Shown here one piece after another: positions 1 through 7,277 of a DNA stretch of 64,000 nt. The stretch lies in NCBI GenBank assembly GCA_024400835.1, contig JAKSMC010000008.1, forward strand, positions 5,082-69,081, given 5' to 3'. Source of the DNA: Bacteroidales bacterium. Its GTDB lineage: Bacteria; Bacteroidota; Bacteroidia; Bacteroidales; WCHB1-69. The notes beneath the pieces were generated by a model that searched no databases, had not been told where the DNA came from, and was given only the letters and a program-made list of their open reading frames with translations. Both the position numbers and the translations under genes were made by a program. How positions within the stretch are numbered: position 1 is the stretch's first letter; every line of letters begins with the position of its first letter.

Positions 1-811
1 TGGCCAGCTGCTGTTCCTCCTCAATGCGCTGCTGTTCGAGGTCGAAGACGCTCTGCTCGGATTGCAGGATGCTCATCTGCTGGTTGTCAACGCTCATCCG
101 CGATGATTCAAATGAGGACTGCTGCTGCAAGTAGCTGTTCTTGGAAGACTGGTACTCTGACAGTGAAAGCATTCCTTTGGCATACAGTGACGAGTCCATG
201 GAAAAGAGACTGTGTGCCGAAGCGAGCTGTTTTCTGCTGATCTGCAACTGGTTGACGGTCTTTTGCAGCAGACTCCTTTGCGATGAAATTTGTTTGCGGA
301 TGACCTTTATTTTGCGGTTGTGGTAGTCGGTTTCGATGAAATGCCGGTAATCCGTCAGGGCCTTGTCGAATGCGGTGTAGGCGGATTGGATGTCGCCCAA
401 TTGCAGGGACGAAAAATTTGTGGATTGGATGTCGCCCGTTTGTATGGACGAAAAATTTTTCGTCCGTACAATGTCGCGCAGCATCGTTTTCACCAGCATT
501 ACGTCCTCCAGACGGGCGGTATTGTGGATGACGGCCAGCAGGTCGCCCTCGCGCACCAGCTGTTTCTCGGCCACGGCGAGGGTGTCTATTTTGCCGGTGG
601 TCATCGCCATCACGCCGGCGGGCAGGTTCTCGGTGGTCACGGTGATGGTGGCGGGCAGGATGTCCGGGTACTTGAGGAAGTAGCTGCCCACGAATAGGCC
701 GGCCACCACGATGAAGATGACGCTGATGCCCGCACGCACTATCCAGCGCGGCGGCCTGCCGAGGATCTCTTGTACTTCCTCGCTGCGGAGATTTATGTTG
801 TCGGTTGGCAT
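1..811 (-). CDS. HlyD-family secretion adaptor (membrane-fusion) protein, N-terminal part; the gene runs off the window start
   Basis: It is absent from the ORF track because it leaves the window. The minus-strand ATG at 811..809 gives MPTDNINLRSEEVQEILGRPPRWIVRAGISVIFIVVAGLFVGSYFLKYPDILPATITVTTENLPAGVMAMTTGKIDTLAVAEKQLVREGDLLAVIHN..., followed by Q/S-rich coiled-coil. This is a TM anchor plus lipoyl-like hairpin, typical of bacteriocin-exporter HlyD partners. It lies downstream of the C39-ABC gene on the same strand. Confidence 0.8.
   Translation of the reverse strand, partial: MPTDNINLRSEEVQEILGRPPRWIVRAGISVIFIVVAGLFVGSYFLKYPDILPATITVTTENLPAGVMAMTTGKIDTLAVAEKQLVREGDLLAVIHNTARLEDVMLVKTMLRDIVRTKNFSSIQTGDIQSTNFSSLQLGDIQSAYTAFDKALTDYRHFIETDYHNRKIKVIRKQISSQRSLLQKTVNQLQISRKQLASAHSLFSMDSSLYAKGMLSLSEYQSSKNSYLQQQSSFESSRMSVDNQQMSILQSEQSVFDLEQQRIEEEQQLA
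383..460. repeat. In-frame 39-bp tandem duplication (2 units, 34/39 identical) inside hlyD, overlapping a perfect 20-nt palindrome at 446..465
   Basis: Unit 1 (383-421) is ggattggatgtcgcccaattgcagggacgaaaaatttgt. Unit 2 (422-460) is ggattggatgtcgcccgtttgtatggacgaaaaattttt. They encode NFSSLQLGDIQSA / NFSSIQTGDIQST. The palindrome is ggacgaaaaatttttcgtcc. Confidence 0.85.
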
Positions 812-818
812 TTTTTTA

Positions 819-881
819 GGGAATAGGTAATAGGGAATAGGGAATAGGGAATAGGTGATGGGGGTAGGGGTTAGGGATTGG
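819..881. repeat. Heptamer array A (GGGAATA/GGTAATA orientation on the + strand, degenerating to GGGGTAG/GGGTTAG)
   Basis: The sequence reads gggaata ggtaata gggaata gggaata gggaata ggtgatg ggggtag gggttag ggattgg. It fills the space between the hlyD start (811) and the four-helix-bundle gene and overlaps that gene's stop codon (871-873). Confidence 0.95.
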
Positions 882-1227
882 ATTTGGCGGTTTTTATGCG
901 TGAGGTGAGTAATTTTATCAGTTCGGAGCAGTCGTTGCTGATGCTTTCGAAGGCGATGTTGTCAATGTATTCTGATTCGTGTAGTAGTTCTAACCAATAT
1001 TCCGTTTCTGCAGCTTCCTTGAGCGCAATGGAAGATTTTGAAACGAAGTCCGCCTTAGATTGTGCGTAGGTGCTCTCAGTCAAATTGGCCCCGATGCTTG
1101 TTCCGCACCGCAGCACTTGCTTGGACATCACAAACTCCTTCCTCTCCTCAATCAGAAACTTATACAATCGTATAACCCTCAATGCAAAAGCCTTCGCTTT
1201 TTTCATAATAATTCCTTTATTTTCCAT
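871..1227 (-). CDS. Four-helix-bundle protein (23S rRNA intervening-sequence protein / S23-like family)
   Basis: The 118-aa ORF contains ...AFALRVIRLYKFL...VLRCGTSIGANLTESTYAQSKADFVSKSSIALKEAAETEYWLELL.... The GxSIGANxxE and EtxYWLxL motifs are characteristic of this family. An alternative start is M8 at 1206. Confidence 0.8.
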   Translation of the reverse strand: MENKGIIMKKAKAFALRVIRLYKFLIEERKEFVMSKQVLRCGTSIGANLTESTYAQSKADFVSKSSIALKEAAETEYWLELLHESEYIDNIAFESISNDCSELIKLLTSRIKTAKSNP

Positions 1228-1289
1228 GTTTTTTTCACAATAACGTGAAATAAAAGTTAATATTGTATTAAAAAATATTTTTTTAAAAA

Positions 1290-1353
1290 CTATTACCTAC
1301 CACTTATTACCTATTACTTATTACTTATTACCTATTCCCTATTACCTATTCCC
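1290..1353. repeat. Heptamer array B (CTATTAC/CTATTCC orientation), inverted relative to array A
   Basis: Nine heptamers read ctattac ctaccac ttattac ctattac ttattac ttattac ctattcc ctattac ctattcc. Positions 1331-1353 (cctattccctattacctattccc) are the exact reverse complement of 819-841. The last codons and stop of the ABC gene (LGNR*) are encoded by the array. Confidence 0.95.
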
Positions 1354-3675
1354 TAACTCCAGCTGGTTCCTCACCAACTCGAAGTACTCGCCTCGCAGGG
1401 CGGTGAGTTCCTCGTGTGTGCCCGTCTCCGTGATGCGGCCGTGGTTGATGACCACGATTTGGTCGGCGTTCTTCACCGTGCTCAGGCGGTGCGCCACCAC
1501 GACAACCGTCCTTCCCTTGAAGAACTGCTGGAGGTTCTCCATAATCACCTTCTCGTTGTTGGCATCCAAGGCGTTGGTTGCCTCATCGAAGAAGAGGTAG
1601 TCGGGATTCTTATAGACGGCGCGGGCGATGAGTATGCGCTGGCGCTGGCCCTGACTGATGCCTTTGCCCTCCTGTCCTATCTTGGTGTTGAAGCCTAACG
1701 GCAGCCCGTCTATCATCTCCTGGATGTTGGCCACGCGCACGGCGTTGAGCAGGCGCTGGGTGTCGATGTGCTCGTCACCCACGGCGATGTTGCGGGCGAT
1801 GGTGTCCGAGAAGATGAATCCGTCCTGCATCACCGCGCCGCAGCGGTCACGCCAGAAGCGGTGACTGATGTTCTGCAGCCCCGTCTCGCCCACGCGGATC
1901 TCACCCTTGTTGGGCGGGTAGAAGCCGAGCAGCAGTTTCACCAAAGTGGTCTTGCCGCTGCCGCTCATCCCCACAATGGCCGTCACCTTGCCCTCCGGAA
2001 TGTGCAGCGACAAATCGTGCAGCACATCCTCCCCCAACTCATCATACCGAAATGTTATATTATTGATGTCGAGAGACGCGGCACGCCACGTCCCCACAAA
2101 ATCCCTATTCCCTATTACCTGTTCCTTATTCCCTATTACCTGTTCCCTATTACCTATTACCTGTTCCCTATTACCTATTACCTGTTCCCTATTACCTATT
2201 ACCTGTTCCCTATTACCTATTCCCTCTTCCCTCTCCTCGTCCTCGCGATTATGAATCTCCCCCAGCCGTTCCAGACTGATTTTGGCATCCTGCGCCGACT
2301 GGATGAAGCCTATCATCTGGTTGATGGGGGCGTTGAGCTGGCCGATGATGTACTGAACGGCGGTCATCATACCCAGGGTCATGTCGCCCTTGATGACGGC
2401 GGCGGCGGAGACGAAGGAGATGAGGATGTTCTTGGTCTCGTTGATGAAGAACGCGCCCGACTGCTGGTACTGGCTGAGCGCCAGGCCCTTGATGCTTACG
2501 CGGAAGAGCTTGGCCTGTATGTTCTCCCATTCCCAGCGTTTCTGCTTCTCGCAGTTGTTGAGCTTGATTTCCTGCATTCCCGTGATGAGCTGGTAGAGGT
2601 TGCTCTGCTCGGCGGAGGCCTGCGCGAAACGCTTGTAGTCCAACTCTTTTCGTTTTTTCAGGAATATGGTAATCCACAGCACGTAGAGGATGGAGGCCAC
2701 TAAAAAGACGAGGAACAGCTTGAGGCTGTAAAGCGCCAGCACGATGCTGAACACGATGAGGTTGACGAACGAGAACAGCGTGTTGAGCGTGGTGGAGGTG
2801 AGGAAGGCCTCGATGCGGCTGTGGTCGCCGATGCGCTGCATAATGTCGCCGATCATCTTGGTGTCGAAGAAGCCGATGGGCAGCTTCATCAGCTTGATGA
2901 GGAAGTCGGAGATGATGGAGATGTTGATGCGGGTGCTGATGTGCAGCAAGATCCACGAGCGGATGAACTCAACGGCGGTCTGCGCTAAGTAGAGGGTGAG
3001 CTGGGCGATGAGGATGACGATGACGAAGCTGAGATTGTTGTTGCCGATACCGTAATCCACGATGCTCTGCGTGAGGAATGGGAAGAAGAGCTGCAGCAGC
3101 GTGCCGAGCAGCATTCCGAGGAAGAGCTGCACGATGAGTTTCTTGTAGGGTTTGAGGTATTGGAGTACGAAGCGCAGTTTGGTCTTGTCCTGTTTTTCGT
3201 CTTCCTGTTTGTAGAAATCCGGGGTGGGTTCCAACAGCAGGGCGATGCCCTCGTCTTGGCCGTCCGTTTTGGTGCTGAGCCATCCTGACAGGAATTCCTG
3301 CACAGTGAATTTGATGAGACCCTGTGCGGGGTCAGCCACATAGACCAGTGAACTGTGATCAGTGAGCTGTGAACTGTCTTTGGGAGGTTTGATGTCGTAA
3401 ACGACCACGAAGTGGTTCTGTTTCCAGTGTACGATGCAGGGTAGGGGTGCCTCGCAGAGCTGTTGGAACGAGATGTGCACACCGACGGTGCGGAAGCCGA
3501 TGCCCTCGGCGGCGGTGCTGATGCCGAGCATACTCACCCCCTCGCGCCCGATGAAGCACTTCTGCCGGAGCGTCTCCAACGAATAGTGCTTGCCGTAGTG
3601 CTTGGCAATCATCCGCAGGCACGTCGGCCCGCAGTCCATCGCATCGAGCTGCTGATAAAACGGAAACTTACCCAT
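1342..3675 (-). CDS. Peptidase-C39-domain bacteriocin/RiPP ABC exporter (peptide cleavage/export permease-ATPase)
   Basis: The 777-aa product has an N-terminal C39 domain (QLDAMDCGPTCLRMIAKHYG...HWKQNHFVVVY...VADPA). It then has a six-TM ABC membrane domain and an NBD with Walker A GMSGSGKTT, signature ISQGQRQR, Walker B LFFDEATNALD and H-loop VVVAHRLST. Confidence 0.95.
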   Translation of the reverse strand: MGKFPFYQQLDAMDCGPTCLRMIAKHYGKHYSLETLRQKCFIGREGVSMLGISTAAEGIGFRTVGVHISFQQLCEAPLPCIVHWKQNHFVVVYDIKPPKDSSQLTDHSSLVYVADPAQGLIKFTVQEFLSGWLSTKTDGQDEGIALLLEPTPDFYKQEDEKQDKTKLRFVLQYLKPYKKLIVQLFLGMLLGTLLQLFFPFLTQSIVDYGIGNNNLSFVIVILIAQLTLYLAQTAVEFIRSWILLHISTRINISIISDFLIKLMKLPIGFFDTKMIGDIMQRIGDHSRIEAFLTSTTLNTLFSFVNLIVFSIVLALYSLKLFLVFLVASILYVLWITIFLKKRKELDYKRFAQASAEQSNLYQLITGMQEIKLNNCEKQKRWEWENIQAKLFRVSIKGLALSQYQQSGAFFINETKNILISFVSAAAVIKGDMTLGMMTAVQYIIGQLNAPINQMIGFIQSAQDAKISLERLGEIHNREDEEREEGIGNREQVIGNREQVIGNREQVIGNREQVIGNKEQVIGNRDFVGTWRAASLDINNITFRYDELGEDVLHDLSLHIPEGKVTAIVGMSGSGKTTLVKLLLGFYPPNKGEIRVGETGLQNISHRFWRDRCGAVMQDGFIFSDTIARNIAVGDEHIDTQRLLNAVRVANIQEMIDGLPLGFNTKIGQEGKGISQGQRQRILIARAVYKNPDYLFFDEATNALDANNEKVIMENLQQFFKGRTVVVVAHRLSTVKNADQIVVINHGRITETGTHEELTALRGEYFELVRNQLELGNR
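2104..2229. repeat. Heptamer array C inside the ABC exporter ORF: six 21-nt units of three heptamers each
   Basis: The unit cctatta cctatta cctgttc occurs as three perfect copies (2146-2208) flanked by three variant units. It is translated on the minus strand as GIGNREQV IGNREQV IGNREQV IGNREQV IGNKEQV IGNRDFV, in the linker between the TM domain and the NBD. Confidence 0.95.
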
Positions 3676-3680
3676 ATCAC

Positions 3681-3785
3681 CTATTCCCTATTACTTATTC
3701 CCTATTACTTATTCCCTATTACTTATTACTTATTACCTATTACTTATTACCTATTACCTATTACCTATTACCTATTACCTGTTCC
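3681..3785. repeat. Heptamer array D: 15 tandem heptamers forming essentially the whole intergenic spacer
   Basis: The array reads ctattcc ctattac ttattcc ctattac ttattcc ctattac ttattac ttattac ctattac ttattac ctattac x4 ctgttcc. It is bounded by the ABC start codon (3675) and the SPASM-gene stop (3786). Confidence 0.95.
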
Positions 3786-4898
3786 CTAATCTTCCCCCAA
3801 AATCTCCTTATTCAGTTTGTCAATCCGTTCCTTGTCCGGCACAAATCCCGTTTCGCGGGAATACGTGCCGCACTCCTCTACAGGCACGTAGCCTTCCTGG
3901 CCTTCCCAGAGGCAGATGTAGGGGTTGTAGGTACACTTGGCGGGTTGGGAGTAGATGTTTTCGGGATCTTTGATGAAGGCGCGGCAGTCGGTACACATAT
4001 AGCGGAACTCGCAATCCTTGCAAACGTCAATCTTGTCCTTATTGATGAACCAGAGATCCTTGAATCCCGGCTTGTTGATAGCCTCCTCCAAAGTGGTATC
4101 CCTGATGTTGCCGTAGCTTTTGGCCATAGCCGGACAGTTCTTGATGTTGCCCTCGGCATCAATGCACACCTTGCGGTTGAGGCAGGTGTTGTGGCACTGG
4201 GCTTCGGTGAAACATTCAATTGTTCTACAAAAATAATAAGGATGAATATTGCCGCAACTTATTGAGTTATCTATTTTCTCTTTAGTAATAATTATAGTAT
4301 TTTCTCCTTCTTGAATTATTTTATTGTAGTCAGAATTTGTAACAACAATTTTGCTAATAGAGGAGTTGTTTCTCCTCCAAGTTAAAAGTTCAGCTTCAGA
4401 TGCTATATTTGAAGCATTTATGACATACTCGAAATATTTCATACCTACATTACTGGCATAGTGTTGAATTTCAGAGATTTTTTCCGATTCAAAACGGCTA
4501 AAAATCAAAAATTGTATATTAACACAATTCAAACGGAGAAGTTCACTAAGTATGTTTTTATAAAATTTATAATTGAAATTGTTTAATACCAATATTGCAT
4601 TGGTGACATGTGCTGGATACGCCCAGGTCAGATCCATTTTGGGGAAATTTTGCAACTCATTGTCTTCTATCTCAAATAGATACTCTTCTTTAATAAGGCT
4701 ATTAATAAAAGAAGAAATGTTTTTTTGAGAGAACTTATCATATAGACCTATTGTTAGGGAATCAATCACATTATTATCATTGAATAAGCCAGTAATACCA
4801 TTTGGTATAAATATATGTTTGTCTCGCTGTAGATCGTATATACAACTTCTTCCATAACCTACCACAAGTCTACAGCATTCGAATAATCTATACTTCAT
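3786..4898 (-). CDS. SPASM-domain peptide maturase of the 'grasp-with-spasm' type (no canonical radical-SAM CX3CX2C motif visible)
   Basis: The 370-aa product starts MKYRLFECCRLVVGYGRSCIYDLQRD.... Its C-terminal Cys-rich SPASM-like region is CHNTCLNRKVCIDAEGNIKNC...CKDCEFRYMCTDC...C. The N-terminal half has no CxxxCxxC. The gene is adjacent to an ATP-grasp gene. Its 3' ~430 nt are GC-rich and its 5' ~680 nt are AT-rich. Confidence 0.8.
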   Translation of the reverse strand: MKYRLFECCRLVVGYGRSCIYDLQRDKHIFIPNGITGLFNDNNVIDSLTIGLYDKFSQKNISSFINSLIKEEYLFEIEDNELQNFPKMDLTWAYPAHVTNAILVLNNFNYKFYKNILSELLRLNCVNIQFLIFSRFESEKISEIQHYASNVGMKYFEYVINASNIASEAELLTWRRNNSSISKIVVTNSDYNKIIQEGENTIIITKEKIDNSISCGNIHPYYFCRTIECFTEAQCHNTCLNRKVCIDAEGNIKNCPAMAKSYGNIRDTTLEEAINKPGFKDLWFINKDKIDVCKDCEFRYMCTDCRAFIKDPENIYSQPAKCTYNPYICLWEGQEGYVPVEECGTYSRETGFVPDKERIDKLNKEILGED

Positions 4899-5091
4899 AA
4901 TTAGACAGATTAAAATTTAGAATTTTTGAAATGGTTTTATAAAAAGTAAACACCTTTTCCACTTCATTTGAATATTGTTTGATTTGTTCTTCGTTTGAAC
5001 TAGTGCTTTGGTCGATTTCCCAAAAATGTGCTATTACAGGATAGCGTTCGGGATTGTCCATTATTTCTTTCGTTAAGGGGGTTTCTTTCAT
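4888..5091 (-). CDS. Small acidic hypothetical protein (67 aa), translationally coupled between the ATP-grasp and SPASM genes
   Basis: Its start shares an ATGA overlap with the ATP-grasp stop (5088-5091), and it overlaps the SPASM gene start by 11 nt. No recognisable motif and no GG leader are present. Confidence 0.5.
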   Translation of the reverse strand: MKETPLTKEIMDNPERYPVIAHFWEIDQSTSSNEEQIKQYSNEVEKVFTFYKTISKILNFNLSNYEV

Positions 5092-6047
5092 TTCAATAAA
5101 TAATCTGCGATTGTTTTTTCTAAATGATAATTACAATTCCTGCTAAGCCATCCAAATTGTCCAATGGGATTGACTTCAAGAAAAACATACTGGTAGTCGG
5201 GAGTGACGATGATATCGGCGGATCCAGAGGTTAGTTTTAGTTGTCGATAAAGTTTAAGAAGTTTTTTCTCGTACCATAAAGGTAGTTTGTATGGTACGTT
5301 TCTATTGGGATTATCACTATCATAGTTCCGGAAATCCACTTGTGTCTTTTTATTATTTTGACTGAAGATTGCCATACTATAGATTTTGTCATCAAGAAAA
5401 AAACTTCGAATCTCATATTTCTTTTCAATATATTCTTGAAAAAGAGAAGGAACGAATGAAGCTGGAAGTTTCGCAATCTTGTAGTCGTTTAGCAGGACAG
5501 TTGAGGACGAGAACCTGTATTCCTTCCCGTTAATAATAGCATTTCCTAATGGAGCGACAGTGGATTTCGTAATAATTTTCCCGAATTTTTTTGCAAACTC
5601 TTCCAAGTCAGATTTACTACTAGTTACTAAGGTTGCAGGTATATTAATTCCTAAATGTTTGCAATTGTACAAAACATTCATTTTTTCAAGAAAATTATCA
5701 GAAGCACAATTGATATTACTAGTGAAATTCAAACTTTCCAGAAAAGTTTTAACTGGCGCCACATGTTTGTTCCACAAATACGTATTTACGCTGGGGTATT
5801 CTGATTTGCATTGAGTAAAAAAATTCAGCATACCTCTTCTGTACCAATATTTATCTTTTTCTGACACAGTATGCTGGTTGAAATCGACTATCACGTCATT
5901 GTCTGACACCAAAAGTTTCACGGATTCGATATCATAAAAATCATTTATTTCTATCAAGCAATCAGTATGACCATAGTAATTAAGCCATCGTACAACCTCG
6001 CTTGAGGATTCATCATCACTAACAGTTTGTATATATATATTCCTCAT
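5088..6047 (-). CDS. ATP-grasp RiPP maturase ('grasp-with-spasm' / MvdD-like graspetide ligase)
   Basis: The C-terminal half contains ...KIITKSTV...YEIRSFFLDDKIYSMAIFSQNNKKTQVDFRNYD...ADIIVTPDYQYVFLEVNPIGQFGW..., an ATP-grasp fold signature as in microviridin-type ligases. The start is chosen at M19 (6047), which abuts the upstream stop (6049-6051); the longest ORF would start at 6101. Confidence 0.82.
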   Translation of the reverse strand: MRNIYIQTVSDDESSSEVVRWLNYYGHTDCLIEINDFYDIESVKLLVSDNDVIVDFNQHTVSEKDKYWYRRGMLNFFTQCKSEYPSVNTYLWNKHVAPVKTFLESLNFTSNINCASDNFLEKMNVLYNCKHLGINIPATLVTSSKSDLEEFAKKFGKIITKSTVAPLGNAIINGKEYRFSSSTVLLNDYKIAKLPASFVPSLFQEYIEKKYEIRSFFLDDKIYSMAIFSQNNKKTQVDFRNYDSDNPNRNVPYKLPLWYEKKLLKLYRQLKLTSGSADIIVTPDYQYVFLEVNPIGQFGWLSRNCNYHLEKTIADYLLK

Positions 6048-6048
6048 A

Positions 6049-7200
6049 TTATAAGTATTGCGTATGTCCCCACCTAAAGACACAGCCCTGGTCTTCAGCA
6101 AATCGAATCTTTGCTCTGTCTGCTTCTAAAGAACAAATACAAAACTTTTTTCGAAGACCGTTAATTCTATCGTCTGGAATGATGGAGGCTAACGATGAGA
6201 CACCTACGGAACGATCAACAAAGAAAATTGCCATATTTTTTTCTGAGCAAAATAAAGGATTTTTACTCAAATAAGTGTCATACATAAAAGCATACAATCT
6301 TGGATGGAGGTTCCCTTTCTCTATTTCTTCAATGGCATATTTTTCAATATAGGCATACATACTGTCTTGATGGACATAGAAAGATTCCAATAGACCTTGT
6401 GTGAGTCTGTTTGTGTTCATTTCGTATAATATCGTGTCGATATGGTCAAATTCGATGTAAATAGTGTCGCCATTGGGCATTACGGATGTCAAAGGCCTAT
6501 CCCCAATAATTCTGGTCAATGCCGCTGAATCCCTAAATACTTTTGATTTGAAATCCAAGCAAGAAATTCCTAATTCGTCAAACAGTTGATTGTCATCAAT
6601 GCCGAGAATCTTTTGGCCGGGGAATCCGTATTTTTGAACAAGTTGCTGATATTTCATATCCCATACAAGGAGGCTGTCTTTATACGGGTTGTTTTCACTG
6701 TTTTCATATTCCTCCAGCACCATTTTTTGATCTGCTATGCAAAGGTCATAAATTTGGCACAGGTAGTCCGTGCTGATTGAATGAAGATAATATCGGTGCC
6801 TTTGCTTTCCTTCTTCTAAATTTTCATAAACCTGAAAATCTTTTAGAACTTCTGATTCCGCCCACATTGGAATGAATGCGAGGTGTTTGGACCGAAGGCC
6901 GTACTTTACGCCTTTATGAAGGTAGTATTCATAATTGTGCTTCGGATAATATGGAAATCTGTCCTTTGAAGTGTAAAAAGAAATTTGTGCTGCATTAAGC
7001 AAGTCGTTTACATAATTGAATTCAAAGTTGTCAAAAGCAAGGTCGTAATAATATAAGCAGCTATCCGCATTGTTATCCACAAAGAATGCATTTTCGGCTT
7101 GAGCTATCCACTGATGATATTGCCAATAATTGTCCCCAGCATATGGCTGTGCCACAAGGTACAAAGGGAACAACAATACAGTAATAAGTTTTTTTAGCAT
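6049..7200 (-). CDS. Hypothetical exported protein (383 aa) encoded between the precursor and the ATP-grasp gene
   Basis: The N-terminus MLKKLITVLLFPLYLVAQP looks like a signal peptide. The protein is Tyr/Asp-rich with no motif I recognise. It is tightly packed in the operon. Confidence 0.65.
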   Translation of the reverse strand: MLKKLITVLLFPLYLVAQPYAGDNYWQYHQWIAQAENAFFVDNNADSCLYYYDLAFDNFEFNYVNDLLNAAQISFYTSKDRFPYYPKHNYEYYLHKGVKYGLRSKHLAFIPMWAESEVLKDFQVYENLEEGKQRHRYYLHSISTDYLCQIYDLCIADQKMVLEEYENSENNPYKDSLLVWDMKYQQLVQKYGFPGQKILGIDDNQLFDELGISCLDFKSKVFRDSAALTRIIGDRPLTSVMPNGDTIYIEFDHIDTILYEMNTNRLTQGLLESFYVHQDSMYAYIEKYAIEEIEKGNLHPRLYAFMYDTYLSKNPLFCSEKNMAIFFVDRSVGVSSLASIIPDDRINGLRKKFCICSLEADRAKIRFAEDQGCVFRWGHTQYL

Positions 7201-7220
7201 AAACTTTGATTTTAATTTGT

Positions 7221-7260
7221 CAAGTGAGAAATTGACCAGAAACGGTCAGTTTCCCACTTG
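7221..7260 (-). terminator. Stem-loop immediately downstream of precursor gene 1 (attenuator or stabiliser; no U-tract)
   Basis: The sequence caagtgagaaattgacc-agaaac-ggtcagtttcccacttg forms a ~17-bp interrupted stem. It sits between the precursor stop (7278) and the next start (7200). Confidence 0.45.
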
Positions 7261-7277
7261 ATTTAAATTTTCATAAT

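Noticed and set aside
861-881. Telomere-like GGGTTAGGG within array A.
   Set aside because: It is a single occurrence produced by degeneration of the GGGAATA heptamer. There is no tandem TTAGGG run, and the sequence lies internal to a bacterial operon.
871-1227. The four-helix-bundle gene could be an Avd accessory protein of a diversity-generating retroelement.
   Set aside because: No reverse transcriptase gene and no TR/VR repeat pair are visible anywhere in the window. This applies to both copies (871-1227 and 61808-62269).
1768-2956. Long ORFs antisense to or overlapping the ABC exporter gene (for example 1768..2703 +, 2249..2956 -, 2969..3482 -).
   Set aside because: These are shadow ORFs typical of GC-rich coding DNA. 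Their translations are low-complexity (R/P/H/G-rich), whereas the 1342..3675 frame carries complete C39/ABC motifs.
819-3785. The tandem arrays could be a CRISPR array.
   Set aside because: The period is 7 nt with no unique spacers, no 25-40-nt repeats and no cas genes. These are microsatellite-like heptamer arrays.
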